Shown one piece after another: positions 26,740 to 39,797 of a DNA stretch of 41,049 nucleotides. Source of the DNA: Eledone cirrhosa. Its lineage: Eukaryota. The translations under genes were made by a program, and so were the position numbers. Location: assembly GCA_964016885.1 (NCBI GenBank), contig CAXHJY010001408.1, positions 1 to 41,049 on the forward strand, written 5' to 3'. The notes under the pieces were generated by a model. That model was not told where the DNA came from. It did no database searches and saw nothing but the letters and a program-made list of their open reading frames with translations. Each line of letters opens with the position of its first letter. The stretch's first letter is position 1.

Positions 26740-28306
26740 ACTCTAAACACTGAGCCACACGCTTTCACTCTAAACACTGAGCCAGACGCCTTCACTCTAA
26801 CCACTGAGCCACACGCGTTCACTCTAACCACTGAGCCACACGCCTTCACTCTAACCACTGAGCCACACGCCTTCACTCTAACCACTGAGCCACACGCCTT
26901 CACTCTAACCACTCAGCCACACGCCTTCACTCTAACCACTGAGCCACACGCCTTCACTCTAACCACTGAGCCACACGCCTTCACTCTAAACACTGAGCCA
27001 CACGCCTTCACTCTAACCACTGAGCCACACGCCTTCACTCTAACCACTCAGCCACGCGCCTTCACTCTAACCACTGAGCCACACGCCTTCACTCTAACCA
27101 CTGAGCCACACGCCTTCACTCTAACCACTGAGCCACACGCCTTCACTCTAACCACTCAGCCACACGCCTTCACTCTAACCACTCAGCCACACGCCTTCAC
27201 TCTAACCACTCAGCCACGCGCCTTCACTCTAACCACTCAGCCACACGCCTTCACTCTAACCACTGATCCACACGCCTTCACTCTAACCACTGAGCCACAC
27301 GCCTTCACTCTAACCACTGAGCCACACGCCTTCACTCTAACCACTCAGCCACACGCCTTCACTCTAACGACTGAGCCACACGCCTTCACTCTAACCACTG
27401 AGCCACACGCCTTCACTCTAACCACTGAGCCACACGCCTTCACTCTAACCACTCAACCACACGCCTTCACTCTAACCACTGAGCCACACGCCTTCACTCT
27501 AACCACTCAGCCACACGCCTTCACTCTAACCACTCAGCCACACGCCTTCACTCTAACCACTCAGCCACGCGCCTTCACTCTAACCACTCAGCCACACGCC
27601 TTCACTCTAACCACTGATCCACGCGCCTTCACTCTAACCACTGAGCCACACGCCTTCACTCTAACCACTGAGCCACACGCCTTCACTCTAACGACTGAGC
27701 CACACGCCTTCACTCTAACGACTGAGCCACACGCCTTCACTCTAACCACTGAGCCACACGCCTTCACTCTAACCACTGAGCCACACGCCTTCACTCTAAC
27801 CACTCAGCCACACGCCTTCACTCTAACCACTGAGCCACACGCCTTCACTCTAACCGCTCAACCACACGCCTTCACTCTAACCACTGAGCCACACGCCTTC
27901 ACTCTAACCACTGAGCCACACGCGTTCACTCTAACGACTGAGCCACACGCCTTCACTCTAACCACTCAACCACACGCCTTCACTCTAACCACTCAGCCAC
28001 ACGCCTTCACTCTAACCACTGAGCCACACGCCTTCACTCTAACCGCTCAACCACACGCCTTCACTCTAACCACTGAGCCACACGCCTTCACTCTAACCAC
28101 TCAGCCACACGCCTTCACTCTAACCACTCAACCACACGCCTTCACTCTAACCACTCAGCCACACGCCTTCACTCTAACCACTCAGCCACACGCCTTCACT
28201 CTAACCGCTCAGCCACACGCCTTCACTCTAACCACTCAGTCACACGCCTTCACTCTAACCACTCAACCACACGCCTTCACTCTAACCACTGAGCCACACG
28301 CCTTCA
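26713..28306 (-). repeat. 59 x 27-bp minisatellite derived from the SINE-B 5' end (Pol III A box)
   Basis: Minus-strand unit TGAAGGCGTGTGGCTCAGTGGTTAGAG; 531 codons / 9 = 59 units in ORF 26644..28470. Confidence 0.97.
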
Positions 28307-28809
28307 TGTGTATATATATACATATATACATATATACATATATACATATATACACACATATATATGTGTGTGTGTCTATCTTACGTAAACCAAAATATTT
28401 CCCAGATTCAGGCAGTCCATGTAAGTTCGAACTATCATCTGTATATTTCTCCCAAGAAAATTATTGCTGAGTCTGCCAGAGTGAACTAATTGGATGACAA
28501 TGTAAAGAGACTGGGCATTATGTTGTCACTCTGTGCAAAGTCAGATACTATGAGACAACAGAAGTCGCATGAAAGCTTATTGGAGTGAACAGTAACAACA
28601 TAGATTGATGTCTGCTTATATATGTGTACGGTTCTTCGCTCATGCGCATTTGGTGTATGGTGCGGGCTGCGTGTTTGTGTTTGTGTAAAGTGTAGTGTAA
28701 AAGATACAGCCATACACACTCACAGATATATATATTTTTTTATATATATATATATATATTTTTATATATTTATATATATATATTTATATATATATATATT
28801 TATGTATTT

Positions 28810-28840
<31 letters not shown>

Positions 28841-29132
28841 CTTATATAAATATATATATACTTATATATATATATATACTTATATATATATATATATACT
28901 TATATATATATAAATAATGTGTATATGTACTTATATACATATATATACTTATTATATATATATATAATTATATATATATATATGTGTATATATATATATA
29001 TGTATATATATATACATATATATATATATATGTATATATATAAATACATAAATATATATATGTATATATATATATATTTACACATATATATATGTATATA
29101 TATATATACATACATATATATATGCATGATAC

Positions 29133-29184
<52 letters not shown>

Positions 29185-29214
29185 ATGCATACATACATAT
29201 ATACATGTCTATAT

Positions 29215-29274
<60 letters not shown>

Positions 29275-29769
29275 GTATATGAATACATACATACATACAT
29301 ATATACATATCTATAAAGGTATATGTATGTATGTATGAATACATACATACATACACACAAACATATATAAAAGTGTGTGGCTGTGTAGACAGAGAGAGGA
29401 GGATGGAGGGTGAAACACATACACACACACATATATACACACACACATACATATACACACATACACACACACATATACATATACACGCGCACACACACAT
29501 ACATATATACGCATACACACACACACACACAAGCACAGAAGAAGACAGAGACGGAGAAGAGGTGGGGAAGAGATGGGTGAAAGAGAATAACTGCGGTTTC
29601 CTATTGCGTTTGTGAGTGAAAGAAACTTGGAGGACGTTATAAATACTCTCTCCGGTGATACGGACGTAGTTGAGAACAACGATTCACGTCCGATGTTTGG
29701 TGATTGGTGGATAGATTAGAGATGAAGATGATGGAGATGACGAAGTGGATAGAGAAAAACGAGGATAGA

Positions 29770-30050
29770 GGGGGAAGAACAAGGAGGAGGGGGGCAAGAA
29801 GAAGAAGAAGAACTAGAGAAAAAGAAAAAAGATTATAGAAGAATAGAAAGAGTAAGAAAGAAAAAAGAGAAGAAAAAAAGAGAAGCAGCAAGAAAGAATA
29901 ATAACAAGAACTAGAAAAAAAGAAAAAAAGATTATAGAAGAAGAGAAAGAGTAAGAAAGAAAAAAGAGAAGAAGAAAGAGAGAGAAGAAGCAAGAAAAAA
30001 TAAGAGGAGGAAGAAGAAGAAGAAGAAGAAGAAGAAGAAGAAGAAGAAAG
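29770..30050. repeat. Purine-rich tract with ~95-bp tandem duplication and (GAA)n
   Basis: AAGAACTAGA...GATTATAGAAG...GAGTAAGAAAG occurs twice. Confidence 0.85.
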
Positions 30051-30102
30051 ATGGAGGATAATAATGATGATTCTGAGAAGTGAGCATAAGCCAGAGTCTG
30101 AG

Positions 30103-30620
30103 GTATGACCATAAGCCAGAGTCGGTGACAGAAAAGGATCAGGTGAAGGTGCTATGGGATTTTAGGATACAGACGGACAAGAAATTCGAACACAATAGGC
30201 CTGACCTGGTGGTTTTGGTCAAGAAAAAAGATCGTGCCTGATTGTAGATGTAGCTTGCTCATTTGACACGAGAGTGCAAGAAAAGGAAAGGGAGAAAATT
30301 AACCCATACCAGGATTTACAGTGGGAGTTTAAAAAAGATTTGGAACTGCCATGAAATCAAGGTCGTCCCGATTGTCATAGGAGCACTAGATACTATCTCA
30401 AAGAGTTTCCAAGGATGGTTAACGAAGATTAGTCCAGCCCCGCTTCTTTTGGAATACTTCAAAATGCATGCTTGCTGGCCACAGCAAGAACCCTCCGATA
30501 CGTCCTGAATGTCTGAGGCTGCAGGTAGTGGCTTTATATTCATTTCAATAAACTTTCCAGTTAAATAACATCAATGACTGAGACTCAAAGAACAATAATA
30601 ATAATAACAACAACAATAAT
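30103..30620 (+). mobile_element. R4/Dong-like RLE domain fragment, frameshifted, with (AAT)n tail
   Basis: YDHKPESVTEKDQVKVLWDFRIQTDKKFEHNRPDLVVL / CLIVDVACSFDTRVQEKEREKINPYQDL / KKIWNCHEIKVVPIVIGAL (PD-D/ExK restriction-like endonuclease). Confidence 0.9.
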
Positions 30621-30736
30621 AATAAAAGAATAGATAACAACATATATAATTCAACCAGTGCTGAAGAGTTCGAAGACGTAGAAATATCGATAGGTGATGA
30701 TTGGTTGATGTCTGTTGGTATTATGATAATAATTAT

Positions 30737-30921
30737 TGTTTCTACTTTAGGCACAAGGCCAGCAATTATCCAGTGCATTACTGGTACTTTATTTTATCGA
30801 CCCCTTAAGGATGAAAGGCAAAGTTAACCTCGGCGGGATTTGAACTCAGACCGTAAAGGGATGTAACTATGCTGGAAAGCATGGCGTCCGACCCTCTACC
30901 GATACTGCCAATCCACCGCCC
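30737..30921 (-). mobile_element. SINE family A, full length, 18-bp TSD
   Basis: TATTATGATAATAATTAT at 30719-30736 and 30922-30939. Confidence 0.93.
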
Positions 30922-30975
30922 TATTATGATAATAATTATGTCAGTTGTTAAGCTGTTTATAGGAATAGATGAACA

Positions 30976-31180
30976 AGTGTGGCTTTGTAGTTAGCAGGTT
31001 CGGTTCACCATCGTAAGGTTGTGAGTTCGATTCCCAGCAGGACGTTGTGGCCGTCAGTAATACAGCTTATTTCAAGTTGCTTCAGGTCATTCAGCTGGTA
31101 GTAAGATGGAAAATAATGAGTTGTACCTGCAATTCAAACATCCAGCCTTCTCAGACACTGTGTTACACTGTCTCTGAGGA
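30976..31180 (+). mobile_element. Diverged tRNA-derived SINE (family-B-like head)
   Basis: GTGTGGCTTTGTAGTTAG (A box), GTGAGTTCGATTCCC (B box). Confidence 0.7.
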
Positions 31181-31190
31181 TTGTGATATG

Positions 31191-31341
<151 letters not shown>

Positions 31342-31399
31342 CTGTTACCTACATAGAGCACTCTTTTTTCCTGGACTTTTCCGACGGAATTACTTCATT

Positions 31400-31452
<53 letters not shown>

Positions 31453-31530
31453 ATATATATAATGTATATAACGATCAGGATTTTAAACTAGTAAGACCAA
31501 TATGCAGTAGAATTTCGATACATGAGATAG

Positions 31531-31578
31531 AGAGAGTCGGAGCTAAACGGCAAGAGCTCAGCCGTTGAGCCCCGACTC

Positions 31579-31581
<3 letters not shown>
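31531..31581. repeat. Hairpin in a (TA)n-flanked fragment, resembling family E
   Basis: AGAGAGTCGG...AACGGC-AAGAGCTCA-GCCGTT...CCGACTCTCT. Confidence 0.7.
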
Positions 31582-31619
<38 letters not shown>

Positions 31620-31621
<2 letters not shown>

Positions 31622-31945
31622 TAAAAGGAAAAGAAAATGCTGACAAATTGTTCCCAGTGGAAAATAGTTTAATTAGGAATAAGTAAAAATTAGTAATAAG
31701 TATTGGTTAGTATTCAGTTTTGGTTTGAAGTTTTTACCGGTTGCGCATTTCTAATGCCTTTCAAAAATAATTTTGAGATAGAGCGCCCGTGATGTTTGCT
31801 CTTATCTGATCAGTTTTGGAAATTGTACCTGTTTTATGTGAAAAAAGTGGCTCCAGAGGTATTAAAACAAGTTTCGCGCCAATTCGTGTTGCAAAAATTC
31901 TTGTGGTCAAAACAATTTTGATGTGTCGGTAGAGGTCACGTGAAT
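31620..31945 (-). mobile_element. Family-F-related element with decayed hammerhead (31732-31767)
   Basis: Minus strand TTT-TTGAAAG-GCAT-TAGAA-ATGC-GCAAC-CG-GTA-AAA; first ~65 bp also present at 23498-23560. Confidence 0.65.
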
Positions 31946-32070
31946 GTTAAAAATTGATTTTGCGCCAAATGTAGGTTTGTCGAATATATATATATATATA
32001 TATATATCTTAAGCGTGAACTTAATATAACTGTAAAATTGCCTCCTGTGTTTTGTTCATTCATTTTTAAC

Positions 32071-32118
<48 letters not shown>

Positions 32119-32589
32119 CACGTTCTGGCATAACTCTTGAAAGCATGCATGTCATCTGCACATATTCCCAAGCTCTCGCTCAAACACGGATATCACTAGT
32201 ATCACCCAAAGCAAACAAATATCATATAAGTATCTCTTCTGTCGGCCAAACAGCCATTATGGATAAAGTCAGGATATAGACATCTCAATAAACTGATTGA
32301 TATAAATATTTTGATAGATTTTTCTCTATTTAACTCCGTTTGAATGACAGCTACGTTAACGTTTGGCATATATTGGTTTATTTTGGTGGACTATATATTT
32401 TTTTTTCAAAGCCAAAAAAGAAAAAGAATAATTAATATTTCATGTCTAGTACGGCCTATCACACTGTGTGAAATGTTAGGTGAAATATGGCGTCTATTTG
32501 ACATTCAACAAATGGCGTGTATGTTCCACTGATGACATGTCTCTCTTTATCACACACACGCACACACACGCGTATATATAATATATATA

Positions 32590-32639
<50 letters not shown>

Positions 32640-32777
32640 AGAGGAAGAGAAATTTGTATTGGAGCTCTGAAATAGCGATATATATGAATATACGTATTGT
32701 ATATTTAACATATATATATATATCTGTGTGTGTATGTATGATGTATGTATGTATATACATATATTTGTGTGTGTGAG

Positions 32778-32900
32778 GGTTCAATCAGGGGTAACCACAG
32801 TAAGTAAGGTACTCAATACATAGCAGAGTATAAATATTTAATATAGAAATGGCTTCTACAGGACTAGAACTGTTTCATTTGAAGACTTCAGGTTGAGGGT
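32778..32900. mobile_element. Short interspersed repeat fragment
   Basis: GGTAACCACAGTAAGTAAGGTACTCAATAC is shared with 1775-1805. Confidence 0.65.
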
Positions 32901-33117
32901 GCAGGGCAAGATAGATAAATCAGCTACGATTAATGAGATGCCATCATGAAACTCTGAGTACCAAGTGAAATATATGCTTAGTTGCATTGTACTTTAAATA
33001 AGATATATTATCAGGACATATATTCAATGAATGCCTGTATACATAACCATTTATACTACAATATGCCTAAAATTTTATACAGCATTGCTTTATACGTCAC
33101 TATATATAGCCAGGGTT

Positions 33118-33225
33118 GTTGTTGATATAGGATCTCCGTCGGTCTCGACGACTGGAGTGTCAGCTATTCGAAGATCGAAACAGCCTGCTTGAGAAATTGA
33201 CGTGCAGCTCAGCCGGAACAATTGG
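33118..33225 (-). mobile_element. Diverged SINE tail fragment
   Basis: Reverse complement resembles the end of the 7105-7770 cluster (GATC...AGCTG...ACTC.TCGTCG). Confidence 0.45.
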
Positions 33226-33440
33226 AGTTGACTGCTTCTAATTGATCCCTCTGGAAGGCGTGTCTGAGGACTCTATAAACTTTCCCTATAAACTTTCCCC
33301 AGAAATATGTGGGAGGAGAAGAAGACAAGTGTTTTATCTGTTACTGAAGTAGAGTATTTATCAGGGAGGCATTATTAGAGTTGTGAAAGAAATTAGATTT
33401 GAAGCATGATATTTGGTTTGAGAATGGTGTGGTATTTCTT

Positions 33441-33571
33441 GTGTGTGTGTGTATATATATATATGTATATATGTATCAATATATATGTATATATATATGC
33501 ATACATATATATATGTATATATATGTTTATATATATATGTATATATATATGTATATGTATATATATATATG

Positions 33572-33602
<31 letters not shown>

Positions 33603-33616
33603 GTATATATGTATAT

Positions 33617-33664
<48 letters not shown>

Positions 33665-33961
33665 GTATATATATGTATGTATATATATGTATATATGTAT
33701 ATATGTATATATATATATGTATATATATATGTATATATATATATGTATATATATATGTATATATATGTATATATATGTATATATGTATATATATATGTAT
33801 ATATATATATGTATATATATATGTATATATATGTGTATACATATATGTATATATATATATGTGTATATATATATGTGTATATATATATGCATATATATAT
33901 GTATATATATATGTATGTATATATATATGTATGTATATATATATGTATGTATATATATATG

Positions 33962-34006
<45 letters not shown>

Positions 34007-34250
34007 GTATATATATATATATACATGTATATATATATATATACATGTATATATATATATATGTATATGTATATGTATGTATATGTATATATATGTATAT
34101 ATATGAATATGTATATAGATGCATATGTATATATATGTATATATATACATATGTATATATATGTATATATATTAATATGTATATATATATGTATATGTAT
34201 ATGTATATATATGTATATGTATCACCGTCTGTATATATACATATATATAC
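33441..34250. repeat. (TA)n/(TATG) array
   Basis: Directly visible. Confidence 0.97.
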
Positions 34251-34955
34251 TTAGGTAAAAGTTATTTTCTCTAATAATGAGATGTCTGTCTGGTTTTAAG
34301 GCTACATTCAAATCAAGATGGTGGAATGATACAATATGTGCGGTATTTGTTCTCTGTCAGGTTTAAATTGCTAATCAATAGCGCTGTATGTCTGTTACTT
34401 TGAAATAATGAAAGATATATATACATATAGCTTATCCCTGAAGCTTTATTAGAGGCCTGCATAGCTTATAATAATCTACGAATATTTAATCTCGGCGTGA
34501 CCTATGTTTCACTTAGCTGGTGAAGAATTAATCTCCTTTTGTGAAGAACGGGGACAATCGTGATTGATTTCTCTCCCCCTTAGGAATGTCTGCTGCTATT
34601 ATTGTTTTATCAACTCGCGGTTCAATGATCAATATTAATATATTCGTGTTGATGTTAACTTCAGACGCTTATTTAAGACAAAAGTAGATTGGAGTGTTAT
34701 ACCTGGCTATCATATCAGATCTGTGGTCGGAGAATTCGATTTTACAATCATAATCAATGATTAGAAGAATACTTGTAAACAATCGTTGCTTTGTTTTTTC
34801 CTTGAGAACTTCAACATCAGTTTACAAACATGCTAATGAGACTTTTAAATTGTCTTTGATTTTCTCCTTTGTAATAATATTTAGTGAATAAGATTTTATG
34901 AAAAGGTAAAACCGCGGCGGTGGGCGTGGCGGTGGGGGAATTATAATGTATGGTA

Positions 34956-34986
<31 letters not shown>

Positions 34987-35151
34987 TTTTTCTGTCTATC
35001 AATCTCTCTATATATACCTCTCACTCTCACTTTCTCTCACTCTCTCTATTTCTCTCTATCCCTTCCGCCTTTCTCTCTCTATCTATGTATCTATCTATCT
35101 CTGTATTAATCTGTCTATCTATCTACACACACGCACACACACACACACACG

Positions 35152-35191
<40 letters not shown>

Positions 35192-35461
35192 GGAACGGAC
35201 CACGATAGTGAAATCATGATATTGGTCTCCCTCTTTGTCTTCAGCTTGTATTGCCTTAGAATCATAACATCATTGCATGAAATGTTGTCTGATGATGTAG
35301 CGTTACTAGTTGCATGATAGAAGCATTACATAATCATGGACCCCCTTGAAATATGTATCACAGCTAATATATATATATAAATATATATATTTATATATAT
35401 GTATGTGTGTGCTTGTGTGTGTGTGTGCGTGATGTCAACATGAATGGACCTGTTATTTGTA

Positions 35462-35629
35462 TCTAAAGACATTTTATCTAATTCCATCCCGCCCGTCCCC
35501 TCAATCTATTTTATTTCTCATTCTTTCTTCTGATGAAGGACTAGCGTCCGAAACGTTAAGACACTCTTCCTGCTATATCAAGCAGAAATCTAATATATCC
35601 CTTCCATATACTGTACCGATTGTGTTGTT

Positions 35630-35630
<1 letters not shown>
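35462..35630 (+). mobile_element. Repeat family G, best-preserved copy
   Basis: Homologous to 4718-5013, 39340-39512 and 39751-39797. Confidence 0.88.
35526..35561 (+). ncRNA. Ultra-minimal type-I hammerhead ribozyme
   Basis: TCTT-CTGATGA-A-GGAC-TAGC-GTCC-GAAAC-GTT-AAGA: canonical core, perfect stems I and II, loopless palindromic stem III. Confidence 0.75.
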
Positions 35631-36701
<1,071 letters not shown>

Positions 36702-37274
36702 AGGGGGAAGAGAGGTGGATGGATGGAAATATATTCCTCAGGTTCAAATCTACTTTTGTGAACTTTACCTATTTGCCTTTAATCCACTGCATGTCAATAG
36801 AAATCGATACCTATGCTGTTCTATAGTTGTTCTAATCTACGTATGGCCAAGGCGGTCACTTGACAACCATGTGGCTTCGGATTTTGATTCCACCATGCAC
36901 TCCCTTAAGTAAATTGTTTCTGACATAGCCTTGGGTCAACCAAAAATCGCGCGAGAGACGTTTAAAGGACTGGAGTGAGTTTATCCATCGTCCACTTTAA
37001 TACCCCTTCATGGATATTGGGTTTCTTTAGCGGAATTCACTCAGTTTCAGGCATTCGAGTCAACTCTCCCTTTTAAGATTAACTTCTTAGTTTCCTGAAG
37101 ATATTTTGATTTTTTTGAAATAGTAGTTTACTTGGAGAAGGGTGTATTTGTATATCTATGTGTACGTAGGGTTCTGTCTGTCTATCTTTATGTATAATGT
37201 CCTCGCTGTCTATCTTTATGTAGTCTCACTTTTAATGTCTTATAAATGGTAAGAAAACAAACAACAAAACATAC

Positions 37275-37370
37275 ATGCGAAGGAGAATCCTCTATGTAGT
37301 CACTAAACTTCTTAGAATCACCAACCAAAATCCATTCTGTAGCTTTAAAGGAAGTCTGAATAATGTAATC
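37275..37370 (-). CDS. Candidate 96-nt internal exon of an unidentified host gene (DYIIQTSFKATEWILVGDSKKFSDYIEDSPSH)
   Basis: Acceptor CTTTTTAACGGTATTTCTAG|GAT, donor CAT|GTATGT; only the phase-0 frame is open; unique sequence. Confidence 0.35.
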
Positions 37371-38042
37371 CTAGAAATACCGTTAAAAAGACAAGATAGC
37401 CATGGACGGGATGAGTTTGATCTAACACATTCAAGCCACGTAGGAAAGAAATCTTCCTCGTCTGCCCGAACAATTAAAAATGGTATCATATGTAGCATGA
37501 AAAACAGAAAAGAGATAAAAGCCATGAGATTTTCTTGCTGAAATGTAGTTTTTATAATCAATGAACATGATAGCAGCCGATAAATCAATATTTAGCAACA
37601 TCATATCGTATATGAGGAAAACTATGCATTTTCCAAACGATAAGCCCTAGCAGTATATCCTTCCATTTTGTTTATTATTAATTCACCCTGATAAGAACAA
37701 ACAAAATATATTTATTTAATAAAATATACAAACAATGTTCAAAACACTTTTATCTCTTAATCAATGTTTTTCTCTAAATCACGAGTGAAAGCTTTATAGG
37801 CAGTGCAGACAATAAAGTGTCTTTTCTGTCAACTCCCTTTGTTTTTTGCTCATCATTATTATTATTATTATTATTATTTGTTTCGTTGTTAATGTTTTCT
37901 TTGAAGTTCTCTTATTGAACGAAGCATATTTATTCCGGGCAGAGCACAGTATTTCAGTCGCTTCTTAAAATTTGAAATTAGTCTTGTCAGCCAAGTTTAA
38001 CGTAAGCTGTTTACTAGCTTTTAACATCCGCTGTCATCTTAT

Positions 38043-38073
38043 CAAAATGGCGTCGTTTCACAAGATGGCGCCA
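38043..38073 (+). promoter_or_regulatory. Two tandem YY1-like motifs
   Basis: CAAAATGGCG and CAAGATGGCG 17 bp apart. Confidence 0.25.
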
Positions 38074-38545
38074 TTGAAATAAGTTGAGATGAACTAGAGA
38101 AAGAGAGAGCTTCCATTGAATATGTTTGAACTAAGATATTAAAGTTCAGCTTAATAATTTTGTGAAAATATTATTCAACTTAAATACAATCTAATATAAA
38201 TTTTAAAATCCTTTACAAAGATTTTTCGTTCCCACAACAGCATGTTACATAACATTAACTTATGTTCAATAGATTCAGAGTGTGTGTGTCAACAAGCATA
38301 TCCAATCAGTGGATTTCTTGGTTAGAATGAAATCAACAAGCGTTGTGACGGAGAACTATTCTTCCACATAGCCAAATCCCATTACTAACAATCAATGTCT
38401 GTTTATTTTAAGAATGGAGACAAACGTCTGCGTACTCTGAATTCCTGATGTTGAAAGATACCTGAATATTTCTGTCATTAACTTCGTATTACTTGTGCTT
38501 TTGTTTTGTTTTTTTTCTATCAAGATTGTAGTTAATTATTCTGTT

Positions 38546-38770
38546 GCAATTGTGAGGTTGTGAGTTCGATTCCCGGACCGTGCAGTGTATGGTGTCTTTC
38601 AGCAAGACACTTTATTTCACATTGCTCCAGTTTACTCAGCTGACGAAATGAGTTCGCCAAGCCGCATCAGCCATTGCCTTTCCCTTGGACAACATCAGTG
38701 ACGTGGAGAGGGGAGACTGGTATGCATAGACGACTGCTAGTCTTCCACAAACAACCATGCCTGGACGTGT
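38546..38770 (+). mobile_element. 5'-truncated family-B-like SINE with a different 3' region
   Basis: GTGAGTTCGATTCCCGGACC...CAAGACACTTTATTTCAC. Confidence 0.8.
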
Positions 38771-38876
38771 GAGCCATCTGTATCCTATATATTATGTGTG
38801 TACGGTATCTATTCTCAGACCGGGCGCTCTCTCTCTCTCTCACTCTCTCTCTTTATATATATATATAGAGAGAGAG

Positions 38877-38892
38877 AGAGGGGGATAAATCG

Positions 38893-38928
<36 letters not shown>

Positions 38929-38940
38929 CGATTTATCCCC

Positions 38941-38944
<4 letters not shown>
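38877..38944. repeat. Perfect 68-bp palindrome centred on (TA)n
   Basis: AGAGGGGGATAAATCGATTTAT-(AT)n-ATAAATCGATTTATCCCCCTCT. Confidence 0.95.
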
Positions 38945-39010
<66 letters not shown>

Positions 39011-39015
<5 letters not shown>

Positions 39016-39248
39016 GAGACTGAGGTTGGCTGGACATGCTCACCGACATCCAGAGTTGACATTGCACTCAGTGCTCCTTTGGGAGCTCCTACATGGACAC
39101 ACTGGAAGAGGAAGACCAAGGTTAACATATGTTGATGCCCTAAGGACAGACACTGGTCTGTTGGAGACGCAGGACATGGCAGCGATAATGAGGGACAGAG
39201 ACCGCTGGTGAGAACTCGTCCATGGATCTCGGGAATTTTACCCGCCTT

Positions 39249-39250
<2 letters not shown>
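39011..39250 (+). mobile_element. RTE/RTEX-type LINE 3'-terminal fragment inserted in (TA)n
   Basis: [16 protein letters not shown]...VLLW...[13 protein letters not shown]...MRDRDRW*. Confidence 0.85.
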
Positions 39251-39331
<81 letters not shown>

Positions 39332-39339
39332 AAAGGTAA

Positions 39340-39507
39340 ACAGAAATAACAACACAATCGGTACAGTATATGGAAGGGATATATTAGGTTAACGCTTGAT
39401 ATAGCAGGAAGAGGGTTTTAACGATTCGGACGCTAGTCCTTTTTCAGAAGAAAGAAGGAGAAATAAGATAGATTGAGGGGATGGGCGGGATGGAATTGGA
39501 AAAATGT

Positions 39508-39552
<45 letters not shown>

Positions 39553-39797
39553 AAAGTTCTATTTAAAATTGTTGGGATACAACAAGTAAATATTTTTATA
39601 ACTGATATAAAGCACTCGACAAGTATTTGGAGTAGATATACAATAATGGTTGCATTTTAATATAATTTGGTATCCCTGAAATATGTATAATGAAATAAAT
39701 ATGGTTTTATAAATATAGTTTCCATTTATTAATATCGTATATATATACATAAAGACATTTTTTTCCAATTCCATCCCGCCCGTCCGCTCAATCTATT
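39340..39797. mobile_element. Family G copy (39340-39512, minus) and inverted partial copy (39751-39797)
   Basis: Decayed hammerhead CTGAAAAAGGACTAGCGTCCGAATCGTT on the minus strand; ~45-bp inverted match. Confidence 0.8.

Noticed and set aside
26713-28306. CRISPR array or telomeric repeat
   Set aside because: No unique spacers and no cas genes; CTAACC is only part of the SINE-derived unit.
26644-28470. 608-aa ORF with TTEPHAFTL repeats as a mucin-like protein gene
   Set aside because: It is the antisense of a SINE plus a 27-bp (multiple of 3) stop-free minisatellite; it has a TTG start and a microsatellite-derived tail.
32855-32895. Hammerhead on the minus strand (CTGAAG...TGAAACAG...CTGTA)
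   Set aside because: Stem III is plausible, but the core, stem I and stem II are broken; at best a relic.
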